Assembly (NCBI GenBank): GCA_051294905.1
Contig: CM119372.1
Location: 39,310,001 to 39,374,000 of the forward strand
Reading direction: 5' to 3'
DNA from: Botryllus schlosseri
Taxonomy: Eukaryota
Length of the DNA: 64,000 bases
Below are positions 10,897 through 23,746 of the stretch, piece by piece. The translations under genes were made by a program, and so were the position numbers. Within the stretch, counting starts at the first letter, position 1. Each line of letters starts with the position of its first letter. Below the pieces are notes generated by a model. The model had not been told where the DNA came from. It made no database searches and saw nothing but the letters and a program-made list of their open reading frames with translations.

Positions 10897-12619
10897 CATT
10901 GGATAGACAGACAGACAGACATTTATTGCTTCGTCAAACATAAAAAGTTGACTGGAGGTGACGTTATGGCCTGTAAAGGCCTTGTTACTCGTCACCTCCA
11001 TGGCAGTGAAATAATCAAGTGCACTCATCCCAATAAATATAACAGTGGACAGTCTGCAACATGAAAGAAAATAATAATCACAAATAGAAGACAATAATAA
11101 ACACAAATATATAACAAAGACAGTAGTCATGGCAACATACTAGGTAAAGCAATATCCCAGCAAACACAAAACCGTAAAAGGATCATCCGGGATCATCTCG
11201 ATTAGGTTCTGATTTTCTAAGTGTCGGGGGAATGTCTAAAATACGTAGTAGGGTTGTCTTGTGGTTATATTCAATCAGAATAAAATCCAACTCGGTGTTG
11301 TTCCATGGCATGCGTTAGACTTCATTATATCGCGTTGTTAACCTAATAATGCGAATTTTCTATCGCTTGCGGGTATGTCTAAAAGACGTAGAAAGGATAA
11401 TGTTTGTGTTACATTCAATAACGATAAATTACTATCCGGTTTTGTTCGATCTCAAGCGGTAGCTTCGTTATATCCATTAGAAAACAATGTTCTACCTTCG
11501 TTTTATTGCGTGAGGATGTCACCGGTGTTGAATATTCGTGTTGTTGCTCTGAGGCCGAACAGTTTCGTTTTCTTCTGATATATATGATCTTCATTAGATA
11601 TATATTCGCTCTTTCGGTAATCTCGTATGTTCAACGAGTATGGATAATAGTTTTATTCAGAGAATAACTAGATAAGTGAGATGTTGTACGTTTAGGGATA
11701 TGATTATCGATGCGTGACTTCTAGAATATATCGGCGATTCAAATTTACGTCATCGCGCGTGACAAAGATTTGACTCGAAACAGGTAGCAGCCAGGCATAG
11801 TTCGCTCTTTCTGTATGGCAAATGTCGTAAATATATAGGAATTGTGACTGAATGAGGTAGCGGGTAATAGATATATATGCAGTAGCATATAGCTTATGGG
11901 GTATTTCGAATTGCCTGTAGTATATGACGCCTAGAGCTGTTTGACTTTCTTCAAACCAGGCGTATAGACATAACTGTAGAAAAGTCTCAACGTTTCCAGG
12001 TTAGAATTATAGAGGTAAACCGTTTTTCCGAATTAGATTACAATTATATTACTGGCATTTTGCTCTAATTTAGTGAAATTAGACCACTAGAATTATCTAG
12101 TTTTCCAAGTCGCTTCAAACATCTGAATTACCGGTAGGCCTACCTGCTATACCTATATCATAATATTTATGCTTGAATTTTCTAGGCCTATAAGTCATAT
12201 AGAATAGATATATACCTGTAGAACACTGATTCGTAGGTTACCTGCCTTGTTACTGGCATCCTGATTTTATAAAAGTTGGTGCAAGAATGGACATTTTCAA
12301 CTTGATGTTGATTAATGGAGCAAAATTTGATATTTGAATGCAATTATACCTCGAATCCAGTGACAAGATTAATAATCGTTGAAACCAAACGCAGCTTGTT
12401 TATGTTGGCCCAGAGAATTTCGCTAGCCAGTCCATATTGATAGAATATGGTCACAGTAAGATAATATTTTAAGCTATTTTACATGAACTTTACAACATTT
12501 GATTTGATATGTCCGGTAAAACATTTGTTACTCTGCTTTCGAATAAGACCTAAATTGCTGGTTTCAATGTTAACTGTGTTTGTCAAAGGCTGTAAAGGTA
12601 ATTTCTTTTCCATGTTAGA

Positions 12620-13700
12620 TGTTTGTTTGTTTGTGGTGTTCATGGTGGTGGTTCGACTACACTGGTCATTTTACACCAGGCCGGTTCTTCTTGTTATTAT
12701 TCCGTATCTGCCCAATTACCAGTGAACTCGGCACTTGGTGAATTCGGCCGCACAAACTCGGCACTTGGTGAATTCGGCCGTGGTAGATCTCGTAGCGGTA
12801 CCAGTCGCCATGATTGGTTACTGGACTGTTTGCTGGTGAACTTGGCACTTTGAGTGGTTGTCAATGTTGTACGGGAGTCAGGGCATGCGTAGATCACACA
12901 GTCACGGCGTGATTAGATCACAGATTGCGTAACCGCGGGGAAATAACGCGACTCTCTTCACTTGGTGAACTCGGCCCTTGGAGGAATTGGCACTACAACA
13001 CCTTCGCATTAGAAATGCATTTGAATGAATGAACAGTATCAAAAAGGAAATTTAAACGTGTCGTGGCTCGCGGTGGATCTCGTAATCTTGGGATCCTTCA
13101 ACCCTGTTATTGAGACACCCTAACCCCAGAGTGGAATCGTCTCTCCAAAGGCAAAAAATAGTTTATTTTGACGTGATCATGCGAAACATTTGTTGATGAG
13201 GAACACTGGCTTGTGATCGATAAACGAAGAAGCGCCGCTTGATGTTCCACAGCTCCGATCTCACATACAATGACAAGATCCATCTTCTCAAAACTTGCAC
13301 GACACAGGCCCGTCACTCGCGCCATCGATTCCAAGCAGACCGCGCGTGGTCGGTATATGAGCGCTGCGTCATTTCCTGCGGCTACGCAATCCGTGATCTA
13401 ATCACGCCGTGACTGCGTGATCTACGGATGCCCTGACATCCTTACAAGATTGACGAATCACTTGATAATACTATTATTAGTTTAATAATTCATATTAATA
13501 GCCGAATTCACCAAGTGCCGAGTTCATCGGCGACCATCTGCCCACTTATAGCACAGCCCACTCCTAGGCTTTTTAAGACATGGCTATGCGGATCAGATGG
13601 CAAGGAGGAGCCTAGATAAACGGCCAACACGTCGGTAGGAATTATGGAGTCGACGTGTCAGGCTCGAACGCGCAATTCATTGGTGTTTAGCTATAATGGA
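12620..13700 (-). mobile_element. diverged tRNA-derived SINE, split by 12715-13535
   Basis: Both flanking parts are homologous to the SINE at 37962-38240 ((GTTT)n tail, GGTCATTT.ACACCAGGCC, GGAGGAGCCTAG). Confidence 0.65.
12715..13535. mobile_element. Mutator/foldback-like MITE inserted in a SINE
   Basis: 9-bp TSD ATCTGCCCA at 12706-12714 and 13536-13544; inverted subterminal AACTCGGCACTTGGTGAATTCGGC repeats; a second inner inverted pair at ~12862-12938 / ~13376-13452. Confidence 0.7.
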
Positions 13701-14448
13701 ATGTACCACTACGTTACCTCGCCATACCTTGTAAAATGGGACGGTAGCATTTGGCATTTCGTGTGGCAATTGACTTTTGTGTGGAAAATTGTGTTCGTTT
13801 TAGAACTTATCCGAAACTTTTATTCCGCCATAGATTGTATATGATAAAACGATATCGGAATTGATCCTAGAAGAATTCCAAAACCACTCACCACAAAGGA
13901 GGATTTAAAGAAGTTTGATGACATATTGAATGAAAGCAAAAGCCTTTGCAAGATATGTGGTATGTTGAATCTGTTTTGTTATTTTTAAATACTTTGTTGT
14001 GCCGATAGCAGACGATATATATATGTGTATATATGTGGAAACTATCAAGGTGTTATGTTTATTATTTTTAGAAATTCAGTCAGTCAAAGTGGACGATCGT
14101 ATTGCTTGGATTATATTTAGGCTTATTTTAGCATCTTTGAGATGCAACTCTGAGCGTGGACGGTCATGAACAGTCAACTAATTCTGTTCCTATATTGACA
14201 TATCAGACATTTGCACTCGTACCGTTGGCGGCGACAATATTGGTCAGTCTGCATTCTGCAAGAAGCATCATGAAGAAGGTTGCCAGTCTGATGTAATTAT
14301 AGCAGAGTCGGAAAGAATGGGAAATACACTTTCATCAACCTCCATTTGAACAAGATCACATATAGTAAGAGACATTCATGATATGCTGCAAATGTGACTG
14401 TGTTCTTTGTCTAGTCACCCCACTCATGTAACTATTGAGGCTTCATGC

Positions 14449-14941
14449 CAGGGTTGTAACCAAGTCACAAGGCTCCGGGTCGCAAGTCAATCTCACTTTT
14501 ATAGTTTTGACTCGAGTCATTTTCAATTCAACACCGAGTCAAGTCCGAGTCCAAGTCAGCGAGCAGAGGGCCGAGTCCGAGTTATGGTATTATGACTCGA
14601 GCCAGAGTGTAAGTCATTGTGTTAGCTGCTCAGTTTCCAATTTAAGTCTTGTTAAACCAACTTATTATAATTTTATTGTGATATCGAGTGGGTCGCATTT
14701 ATAATATACGAATTTTCCTTACTTTTAGCAGTTTTTGGCCGCATTTTCAAATACCAGTATCAATAGGCGAAATCCCAATAGCGATTTGCTGTACTATTCT
14801 TTGAAATAATCATGAAATGTCGGTCTTGGCCGTCTGAGTCTCAAGTCATGCGCAATGAGTCGAGTCATTTCCGTACTTTGAGAAGATGAACTGAGTCAAG
14901 TCGAGTCAACAGAAAATCGTGACTCGAGTCTTACAACCCTG
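14449..14941. mobile_element. hAT MITE (CAGGGTTGTAA family)
   Basis: Termini CAGGGTTGTAA / TTACAACCCTG; perfect TSD CTTCATGC; many GACTCGAGTC motifs. Confidence 0.85.
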
Positions 14942-17643
14942 CTTCATGCAATGAGCATTTACTTTGAAGATAAATAGTAATTGAATAACTGGTTGGTGGT
15001 ACAAAATTTTAATACTACTTTCAAAAGTACTTTCATGATAAACGTTATTGAAACCCAAAGAACTTTTCGCGTGCCAATTAAAGAGCTACCGGCACGATAA
15101 AGGAAGCAAAACAGAGTTGAATTCAAAACCAGATAGAGAATTATGACGCATTAATGTCGAATTTAGAAATAACCTCAATGGAGCCAGAACACAGCAACAA
15201 TGCAGTGTATAACAACGGTCGCGTAAAACAGTATGAAGCATGACACAATTCTGTAAATATTTATTATAGTGGTGCCCACCGTAAATACTATTTTATTCAA
15301 ATCCAAATTTTTCGAGGGCAATAACTCCGCTTCCACTTGTTTGAATCGAACCAAATTTGGTGAACATCGTTTCTATACATAACCTAACACTTTCATGGGG
15401 TGAACAGAAAATTTTCAATTTTTTTCTATTTATTTTTGTATAATAAATATAAACTTTCTTTTCCTGTAGCAATGCGGCTACTGGTTGGAATTGAACCAAA
15501 TTTGGTGTGTAGGCTTGAATTAGGTAACCTAACAATTTTATCAAGTAGCCAGAACGATTTGAGAAAAGAAGTCATTTTTTAAGAGCCCTAATGTCCATGT
15601 CAGAGAAACGTTTTAGGGTAGGCCTACTCATATGTCTCGCAGCGTTCTCTACATAATTGTCAATTGCGATACAAACTGTACTTGTATTGGTAAAGCCATC
15701 CAACTTCGAATTGTAAAATGTTGGGAGTCTTGATATCAAATTTTTGAAAGGTGCACTTTGAGAAGATTTTGGAATCTGTCAAATTATACAAAAAATTTTA
15801 TCAAATTTTTTGACATATTTCATCTATTTGGGACTCGATCAACGTAAAAGAATTGGTAATTATTTTATACAATATATTGTATTTGTAGTTGAAGTATAGT
15901 AATAATTCTCATGGTTACCGCACTTCACGGATTCACGGTTCACGGCCATAACTGGAATAATTAGAATGATGTAACTTTCAAATTGTCATGCATTTTGCAA
16001 CAACATTGTTCTCAATTTTCAAGGTGCTGACCATTGGAGGAAGAATCACCCTTAAGCCGGGAATTCACGATCCGTAAACGCGGCCGACTGTTTCTCTCCT
16101 CAAGCGGAAGCGACAGAGAAGAGAAGAGGAACGAAGAAAAAAAAGGAGCAGAAATAGCAAGAGTGTGACAAGTCGCGTCCGTTCGCTTTAATGCGTATTT
16201 CCATCCGCGAAGCTCGTAGTAGTAGGTGGGAAAACTAATGGGTGTTTGGTTAGCGGTTATATAAGGTTGACTCCAGCGCTGTATTTGCTAAATGTTGCGG
16301 TGAAATAGGGGTGGTGTCATTTGGTATCAATATTGACTATTAAAAGACCATTTGTTAGTGGTCATGGATCTGTTCGGCCAGTATGCAGTAATTTCTGATG
16401 GTCACTTCCCGGCTTCTGTTCTCTAACCCCTCATGATTGTTATTCTGCTTCTAGTAAGGCTGTCGATTCTAATGTTTTATCGTATCATTTGTCGGAGGTT
16501 TCGCTCGCATTATTTACAATGTTTTGCTTTCTGCTAGGTCAATTACTTTCCTGGCTGAGTATCGCTACAGCCTAAGAAACTGCACTAATTCTCATTTTAA
16601 TGTCTTGCTGGTTATCTTGCTGTCAATTCTAATAATTTGCTAATGTCTATACCAGTGCAGCCACTCAAATGTTTTGTTCTCTGTACACAATATTGTTAGG
16701 TCTTCAGCTTTCCAGGCAGAGTATCATTCCACTTTCTAGACTTGGGGTATATATCTCTCCAACTAGCTGCCAAATAACTGATTCATTTGGATTGTTGAAT
16801 TGATCATTTTTGACAGAATGTGAAGAAATTTTAGTCAAGAATTCTTTTTGTGTTAGTGGCTGTTTTCAAAGATTGCTGAAGTAGTCATCGTTGATCTTGA
16901 TAATCAAGTAGAAGTGGTGATTGAAGTCAGTTCTCTAGTCATATAATAATAAAAAATATAATAAAAATAACTTGAAAACTTGAGTGGAAATAGTTCAGAA
17001 TCAAATCCATTTTAGTAAGTATGGGCGAAAAAATGTAGGAGTCGTTCGTTACTCGCTACCTCTGCCATTTTCGCAGTACGAATGTCTTAGCTATTAATCG
17101 TCATTTTCATTTTATTTCTGCAGGGTGTTGAAAAGAAAAGGCCGCATGGTTATTTATCCAGCTCATCAGAAGATGAAACCTGATGATACGGACTGTTTTC
17201 AGTTTCTTTCTTCGGGCATTCGTTCGTTTGTTCGTTTCATTTTTCACAACGGCATTATTGCCAATTCGTTTAAAATTAAATTATCACAAATGTGGTTAAT
17301 ATGTAGTAGATAATGTGGTGTGTGTACGCAGCCGTGATCAGGTTATGCCCAGTGGTAGAAAACAGGTTATTATATCAGGATCTTCTTCTAATGTAGGATC
17401 TACATTCTACTCACCATGTTTAAAGGCTGTAGCATCTGCATAATATTTACATTATTGAAGGACATGGAAAAGACGTTGAATTGAGTCGACACAAAATCCC
17501 CCTTTCTACGACCTGCCGAGATCTAATATCTACTATATCGGCTCGGCTTTTCTACATCTTTGGTCTGTACTGTGTTTGCTGGGATGAAGTCAATAAATAC
17601 ATGTATAATTTATAAATCAACGGGTACTAGATAGTAGATACTC

Positions 17644-20293
17644 TCATTTCTGATTATAATTTGAAAAAAGGTAATCCTGGTATTGGGTTTTGAATTCATG
17701 CTGAGGTAGCTCTTTGATACTGTCGGGCACGTCATTCCAAATATTTGGGCCCATATATTCAATGGACTGTTGGGTCAGTCTGGAGTTCATACGGTGAACA
17801 TAAAGATGACCAGATTCCGATGATCTAGTAGAATACCCATGCACAGTGGAAGATTGCTCAAACAAGCTATTAAAGTAAGGGGAGATATTACCGTTTGTGA
17901 ATTTATGCATCAGGTTGGCTATTTCATAATTATACAAATCGGGTAGCTTAAGTATCCTGAGAGCTAAATAACCAGGAGTAGCAGATGACCTAGAATCTAT
18001 GCCACATATATTTCTTATGGCTCGATTTTGGATGACACAGATTCTGTTTAAATCCGTCTGATTGGCCTTCCCCCATACACATAATCCATAAAGCAGATGA
18101 GGGTGAAATAAATAGAAATATATGGTTCTCAAGGTCTGTCTAGGGAGAGAATGTCTCAGTCTCGCTAGAATTCCGGCCGTAGCAGATAGCTTTTTACATA
18201 GATTGAAAATGTGGGTCTTCCATTTAAGATTGGAGTCAATGATAATTCCCAGATATCTTGTATGGGTTGAGGGTGCAATAATGACATCAGATACCCTTAG
18301 TGAAAAAGTTGAGGTAGCTTTACAATTGAAGACCAGTACCTGAGTCTTAATTGGATTAATGGTTAGTCGGTTGGTTTTCATCCAAGCAGTCATCTTACAA
18401 ATCTCGGAATTAGCTTTGGTTTGTAGAGAGGTCAAGTCTGTAGCAGATATAAGTACACAAGTATCATCAGCAAATAGGACCGAGGTCTCTGAGATACATG
18501 CAGCAACATCATTGATATAAAGACTGAATAATAGGGGTCCTAAAACGGAGCCCTGTGGTACACCACACAATATGTCACCCTTTTCAGAAGGTAGGTGATC
18601 CTTAATGTAAACATATTGACATCGATTGGTAAGATAGCTTGTAATCAAATCCAAGGCTACACCTCTGATTCCATAACACGAGAGTTTACTTATAAGTATT
18701 GAATGATTGACAGTGTCGAAAGCTTTTTTTATATCAAGAAAAACAACACATGAAATCATACCAGAGTTGTGTCTCTGATAAATTTTGGAAGTAAGGGCAA
18801 GAATTACTTGATTTGTGTCAAGATTTTGTCGGAAGCCAAATTGGTTGTCTAGTATTACAGAGTGAGCATCGAGGAAGCTGGTAAGTCGTCGATGTAGTAG
18901 CTTTTCAAAAATTGTTGACAAGGATGGTAGGATGATATGGGGCGGTAGTTGTTGACTTTGTTTTTATCACCTGACTTGAAAATAGTGACAACCTTGGCAA
19001 CCTTCAATGCATCTGGAAATATCCCTAATGAAATAGAAATGTTGAAAAAATGGACCAGGTGTCTAGAGACCAAAGGAAAAATCAATTTTAGTAGTTTAAT
19101 AGAAATTCGATCACATCCTTCTGCTTTGTCATTCTTGAGTGAGTACGCTAAGATAATCATTTCCTCTTCTGTGGTCGGAGAGAGAAGTATCGAGTTGGGA
19201 ACACTGCGAATAGCTGCTGTAGGGGAATCATTGCTTGGCGGCACTTTGGATGCTAGGTTATTACCGATAGAACAGAAATGTTTATTGAATAAGGAGGCTA
19301 TGTCGTGAGAATTAGAAGTCGGTACTCCCTGCTCATCTGTAATGGTCGTTGGCAGTGTACCTTTAGCCGAAGGACGATTTATTATGCTATTGATAGTTTT
19401 CCAGGTTTGCTTAGGATTGGTTTTATTTCTGTGAAACAGCTGATAATAATACATCCGTTTTGCTTTAGCTTTGATCCTGGAAAGTGCTTTGGCATACTCT
19501 TGGTATTCAATTTTGGATTCGTCTGAGCCTAGTGATATCCATTTTCTATGAAGACTATTTCGTTTTTTAATGGCCCTAAGAATACTTGCAGTTATCCAAG
19601 GTTTCAACAGCAATTTTCTTTTTTTTCTACTCAGTTTTTGAAGAGGCATATATCGATCAATTAGTATCTTCACTACTGACAAGAAATGTTCGAATGACTG
19701 ATTGAAGTTGCCATGGCAAAGAGTGGGAAGTTCATTGGATGAGAAGAATTCCTCTACATTATCTGTCAGAAGTTCACATGCTTCAGAATGCATACTGCGC
19801 CGGTATATCGGTTGCTTATTATCTTTTTGACGATTTTTTGACAACTTAACCTGAGCTAGAACAGGGCAGTGATCAGTCATAACATAGTCTAACACCATAG
19901 GTCTAATATTGATAATGGAAAGATTGGTGTATATGTGATCAATAATGGTGGAAGAGGTAGCTGTGACTCTAGTGGGTTTTGAAATAACGGATGCAACTCC
20001 TTTAGATCGTAGCATAAGGAGATAGTCCTGGTGCGTCGCTAAATCTGATAGGTGATCAATATTGATGTCTCCCATTATGAAAAATTGGATCTTTCTTTGC
20101 TGCAGTTTGTTGAGAGTACTACTGAGTTCACTTGTGAATTCTGAAATATTGAAGTTAGGGTGACGATAGATGACACCAACAACAGTATGCTTATTTCTAA
20201 TTCTAGGATTAGAAATTTCCACCCATAATTGTTCAACACCACTGCATTTCAAGTCATATTCATGAACCTGTTCGGAGTTGATATAGGACTTTA
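17644..20293 (-). pseudogene. LINE ORF2 (partial APE endonuclease + reverse transcriptase), one frameshift
   Basis: VIYRHP, MGDINID, IDHIYTN, TDHCPV; FLDIKKAFDTVNH, GVPQGSVLGPLLF, FADD. A 1-nt deletion near 18935 in NYRPISIL splits the ORF into 18855-20252 and 17644-18921. Confidence 0.92.
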
Positions 20294-20299
20294 GGATAG

Positions 20300-23200
20300 G
20301 ATGTTAAAACATGATTCTCTGGTTTTTTCGTTAGCTTTATCAACTAATTGGTTTGCGATGGTGAGTGTGAATGGTTTTTCGATCAAGTTTCTCGTCGACA
20401 CGGGCAGTGCGATTACAATTATCGATATTTCTGTGTGGGATGATATGCCTAACAAAGGTGAGCTGTTTCCGTATGAGAAGTCGTATAAAGTTGCCAATGG
20501 TGGATGGCTGAACAACGTGTTAGGTAGGAGTAAGGTGCAAATGTGCATTGAGTCTGTGTGTGTTGTCAAGGAAGTGGTTGTTGCGGAGCTCGGCGCCGCT
20601 GTTGGGATTTTGGGTTATGATTATTTTAAAGAGTATGATTGTGTGTTGTATGCAAAAGACGAATGCATGGAAGTGTTGGGCCAAAGGGTCAATCTTAAAC
20701 CGTCCACTCCATCAGTGCCCTGCTGTAGAATCTTTTTGGACGGTGATGTAGCTATATCTGGGTACAGTGAGACGATAATATTTGGTAAGCTTAATGAGAC
20801 TTGGCCCCAGTTGGATGGAATTGCGGTTATTTTCGAACCTTCAGGCAATTTCGTGAGTGAATATGGGTCGAGTGGTCTGTATTTGATCCCTGGATTAATA
20901 GACCCAGAATTGGTTAGGATACCCTTGCTGTTGGTTAATTCTGGTGGTGAGGACATTATTTTGCCAGCTGCCTTGTTACTGGGAGTTTTGTGTCCGCAAG
21001 AGTGTCAGCCTGTGGAATTTTGCTGTCCCACGCTTGTTCAGGATGTCCCTCATCATCCTGGATCCCTTCCTGAGCATCTGGAGTGTCTGGTAGACGGTGT
21101 GGAAGGTCTCTCTGATTTCCATCTCGAATCATTGCGGAACCTCCTGGTTGAATTTCAGGATGTTTTCTGTGGCCCAGATGGTCGCTTGGGTCGTACTTCT
21201 GTGATCAAGCACAAAATTGTGACTTCCTCGTCTAAACCAATCAAAGTGCCTCCGCGACGATTGGGCTGGGCCAAGCGAAAGATATTGGACGCTGAGATTG
21301 ATAAGATGCTAGATCAAGATGTTATTGAGCAATCGGACTCCCCGTATAATACACCATTGTTGTTGGTACCTAAGAAAGATGGGTCATCTCGTGTTGTTTT
21401 GGATTTTCGAAAACTGAATGAAGTTACAGTGAAAGACGCCTATAGCCTGCCAAGGATTGATGACATTTTAGACTCGCTCGGTAATTCCACTTGGTTTTCT
21501 GTTTTTGATTTAGCCAGTGGTTTCTGGCAGGTGGAGATTGATGAGAAGGATCGCCACAAAACTGCTTTCAGCCTTCCTGGGAGAGACCATTACCAGTTCA
21601 AGGTTATGGCTTTTGGATTGGCCAACTCGCCACCTCTGTTTCAAAGATTGATGGAAAAAGTTCTTGCTGGTATTTTATACAAGAAAGCTCTGGTATTCAT
21701 TGATGATGTCATGGTATATGCCGGGAGTTTCGAAGAGGAAATTGCAAATTTGAGGGATGTTTTCCTCAGGATTCGTTCTGCAGGACTGAAATTTAAACCG
21801 TCCAAGTGCAAATTGTTCCGAAAGTCGGTGGAGTATTTGGGTCATGTTATCACGTCAAACGGGGTTTTGTGCTGTGAAGAGAAAGTGAATGCGATCAAGG
21901 AGTGGCCTGTGCCTTGTAAATTAAAGGATTTGCAGGCATTCTTGGGTACTGCAAATTATTACCGACAGTTTGTGCCATTCTTTGCATCGGTGGCGAAACC
22001 GTTGCTGCGGCTCACTAAGAAAGGTGTGAACTTCAAATGGGATGAACAGTGTCAGATGGCATTTGATCAATTGAAAACGAAACTGACCTCGGCTCCTATA
22101 TTGGCGTTTCCTTTGGAGGATGGTGGTGCTTTTATATTGGATTCTGATTGTTCTGGTTTTGGTGCAGGAGCAGTGTTGTCACAGCTTCAAGATGGCGAAG
22201 AAAAGGTGATTGCATATGCGAGTAAATCTCTTTCAAAGGAACAGTCCAATTGGTGCGCTACTTTCCGAGAGCTGTATGCTTGTAGATGGGCAGTTGAACA
22301 TTTCAAGACTTATCTTTGGGGTCGAAAATTCATTCTGAGGGTTGATCATGCGGCGCTTAAATGGCTGATGAATTTTCGCGAACCGGAAGGCCTGGTAGCC
22401 CGTTGGATATCTTACTTGAATACGTATGATTTCACCGTTGAACATAGGCCTGGGAAGCTTCATGGCAATGCGGACGGTTTAAGTCGCAGACCTCGGCGAC
22501 GTTGCAATCGTGAAGAGTGTGGTTCATGTGCCCCGTTTTTGCCTTCCGAAGGTGGGAAAATTGTATCTGCAATTGTTGCCAGTATTTCTGACGATAGGAC
22601 TACTAATTGGTTGGGATCTTATACGTTATCTGACATCCGTCAAGGGCAAGCAGAAGACCCGGAACTTTATGCGGTCATACAGTATAAAGAGAATCGTACG
22701 GACCGTCCCACATCGGAAGAATTGTTGTTTCAGCCGCATGTAGTGCGTCAGCTGTGTATGCAGTGGTCTGTGTTGTCGCTGTGTAATGGAGTGCTGTATA
22801 GGAAGTATTCGAAGACAAAGCCTGGATGTCCCATAATTTATCAACTGGTAGTGCCAAGATCGTGGCGCAGGGAACTTTTCAATCATCTTCATAGTCTTCG
22901 GACTGCAGGTCACCTTGGACGTGACAAGACTTACTGGAAGATGAGAGAACGCTACTACTGGCCTGGTATGAAACGCATGGTGGAGCACTGGGTGAAATTT
23001 TGCAAGACTTGTACGGCTACCAAGTCACCTCATGGTATTCACCAAGCTGCTTTGTGCAAGATGCTTTGTGCTGAACCTTTAGATAGAGTGTCGCTTGATT
23101 TTGTTGGGCCATTGCCTGAGACTGATGAGGGGTATTTGCACATGTTGGTGCTTACTGATTACTTTTCAAAATGGGTTGAAGTGTATCCGATGCGTGTTAA

Positions 23201-23746
23201 ATCTGCTCAAAATACTGCAGAAATTCTGGTGTCCCAATTTTTCACCAAATATGGGTGCCCACGGATAATTCATACTGACCAAGGGGGACAATTCGAGGGG
23301 GAACTTTTTCAGCACATGTGTTTGCTCTTTGATATTAGGAAGACACGTACCACCCCCTATCATCCCCGTTCGGATGGACTCTGTGAGCGTATGAACAGAA
23401 CGCTGCAGCAAATGCTTACTAGTTTTGTTGATGATTCTCGGTCTGATTGGGCTGACCATTTGCCGTATATTTTGATGGCTTATCGCTCAACAGTTCATCA
23501 TTCCACTGGTTATACCCCGAATCGCCTGTTCATGGGTCGTGAGATATCACTTCCTACAGATATCATGTATGGACACCCCCCCAATAATGACAGTGCGAAA
23601 TGCTATGTGGATTATGTCAATTGGTTTCGTGATGCATGTTCAGATGCTTTTACTTTTGCTCGAGAACGTCTATCTAAGTCTGCAGTAAGGCAGAAACGTG
23701 ATTTTGATAGTGCGGTGAGACCGCTGGCTTTTGCCGTGGGTGACTA
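20300..23746 (+). CDS. pol: Gypsy Pol main segment (protease, RT, RNase H, integrase)
   Basis: FLVDTGS; LDFRKLN, DLASGFWQV, FIDD; DSDCSGFGAGAVLSQ, NADGLSR; HHCC (AGHLG...CKTC), DFVGPLP, TDQG, ERMNRTL; no stop codons. Confidence 0.96.

Larger units (their letters stand above)
11156..17583. mobile_element. non-autonomous CACTA/EnSpm-like DNA transposon inserted in the LINE 3' UTR
   Basis: 13-bp TIR CCCAGCAAACACA / TGTGTTTGCTGGG; 2-bp TSD AT. Superfamily inferred from CCC termini plus 2-bp TSD. Confidence 0.75.
10907..20293 (-). mobile_element. 5'-truncated CR1/L2-group LINE (~3 kb reassembled) inserted in Gypsy pol
   Basis: 6-bp TSD GGATAG at 10901-10906 and 20294-20299; minus-strand 3' end AATAAA(TGTC)n; 3' UTR hairpin GGAGGTGACG...CGTCACCTCC; APE-RT ORF2. 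Confidence 0.9.

Noticed and set aside
12725..12781. 26-bp direct repeats resembling a CRISPR array
   Set aside because: Only a 4-nt gap, no unique spacers, no cas genes, and an inverted copy at 13500-13525; these are transposon subterminal repeats.
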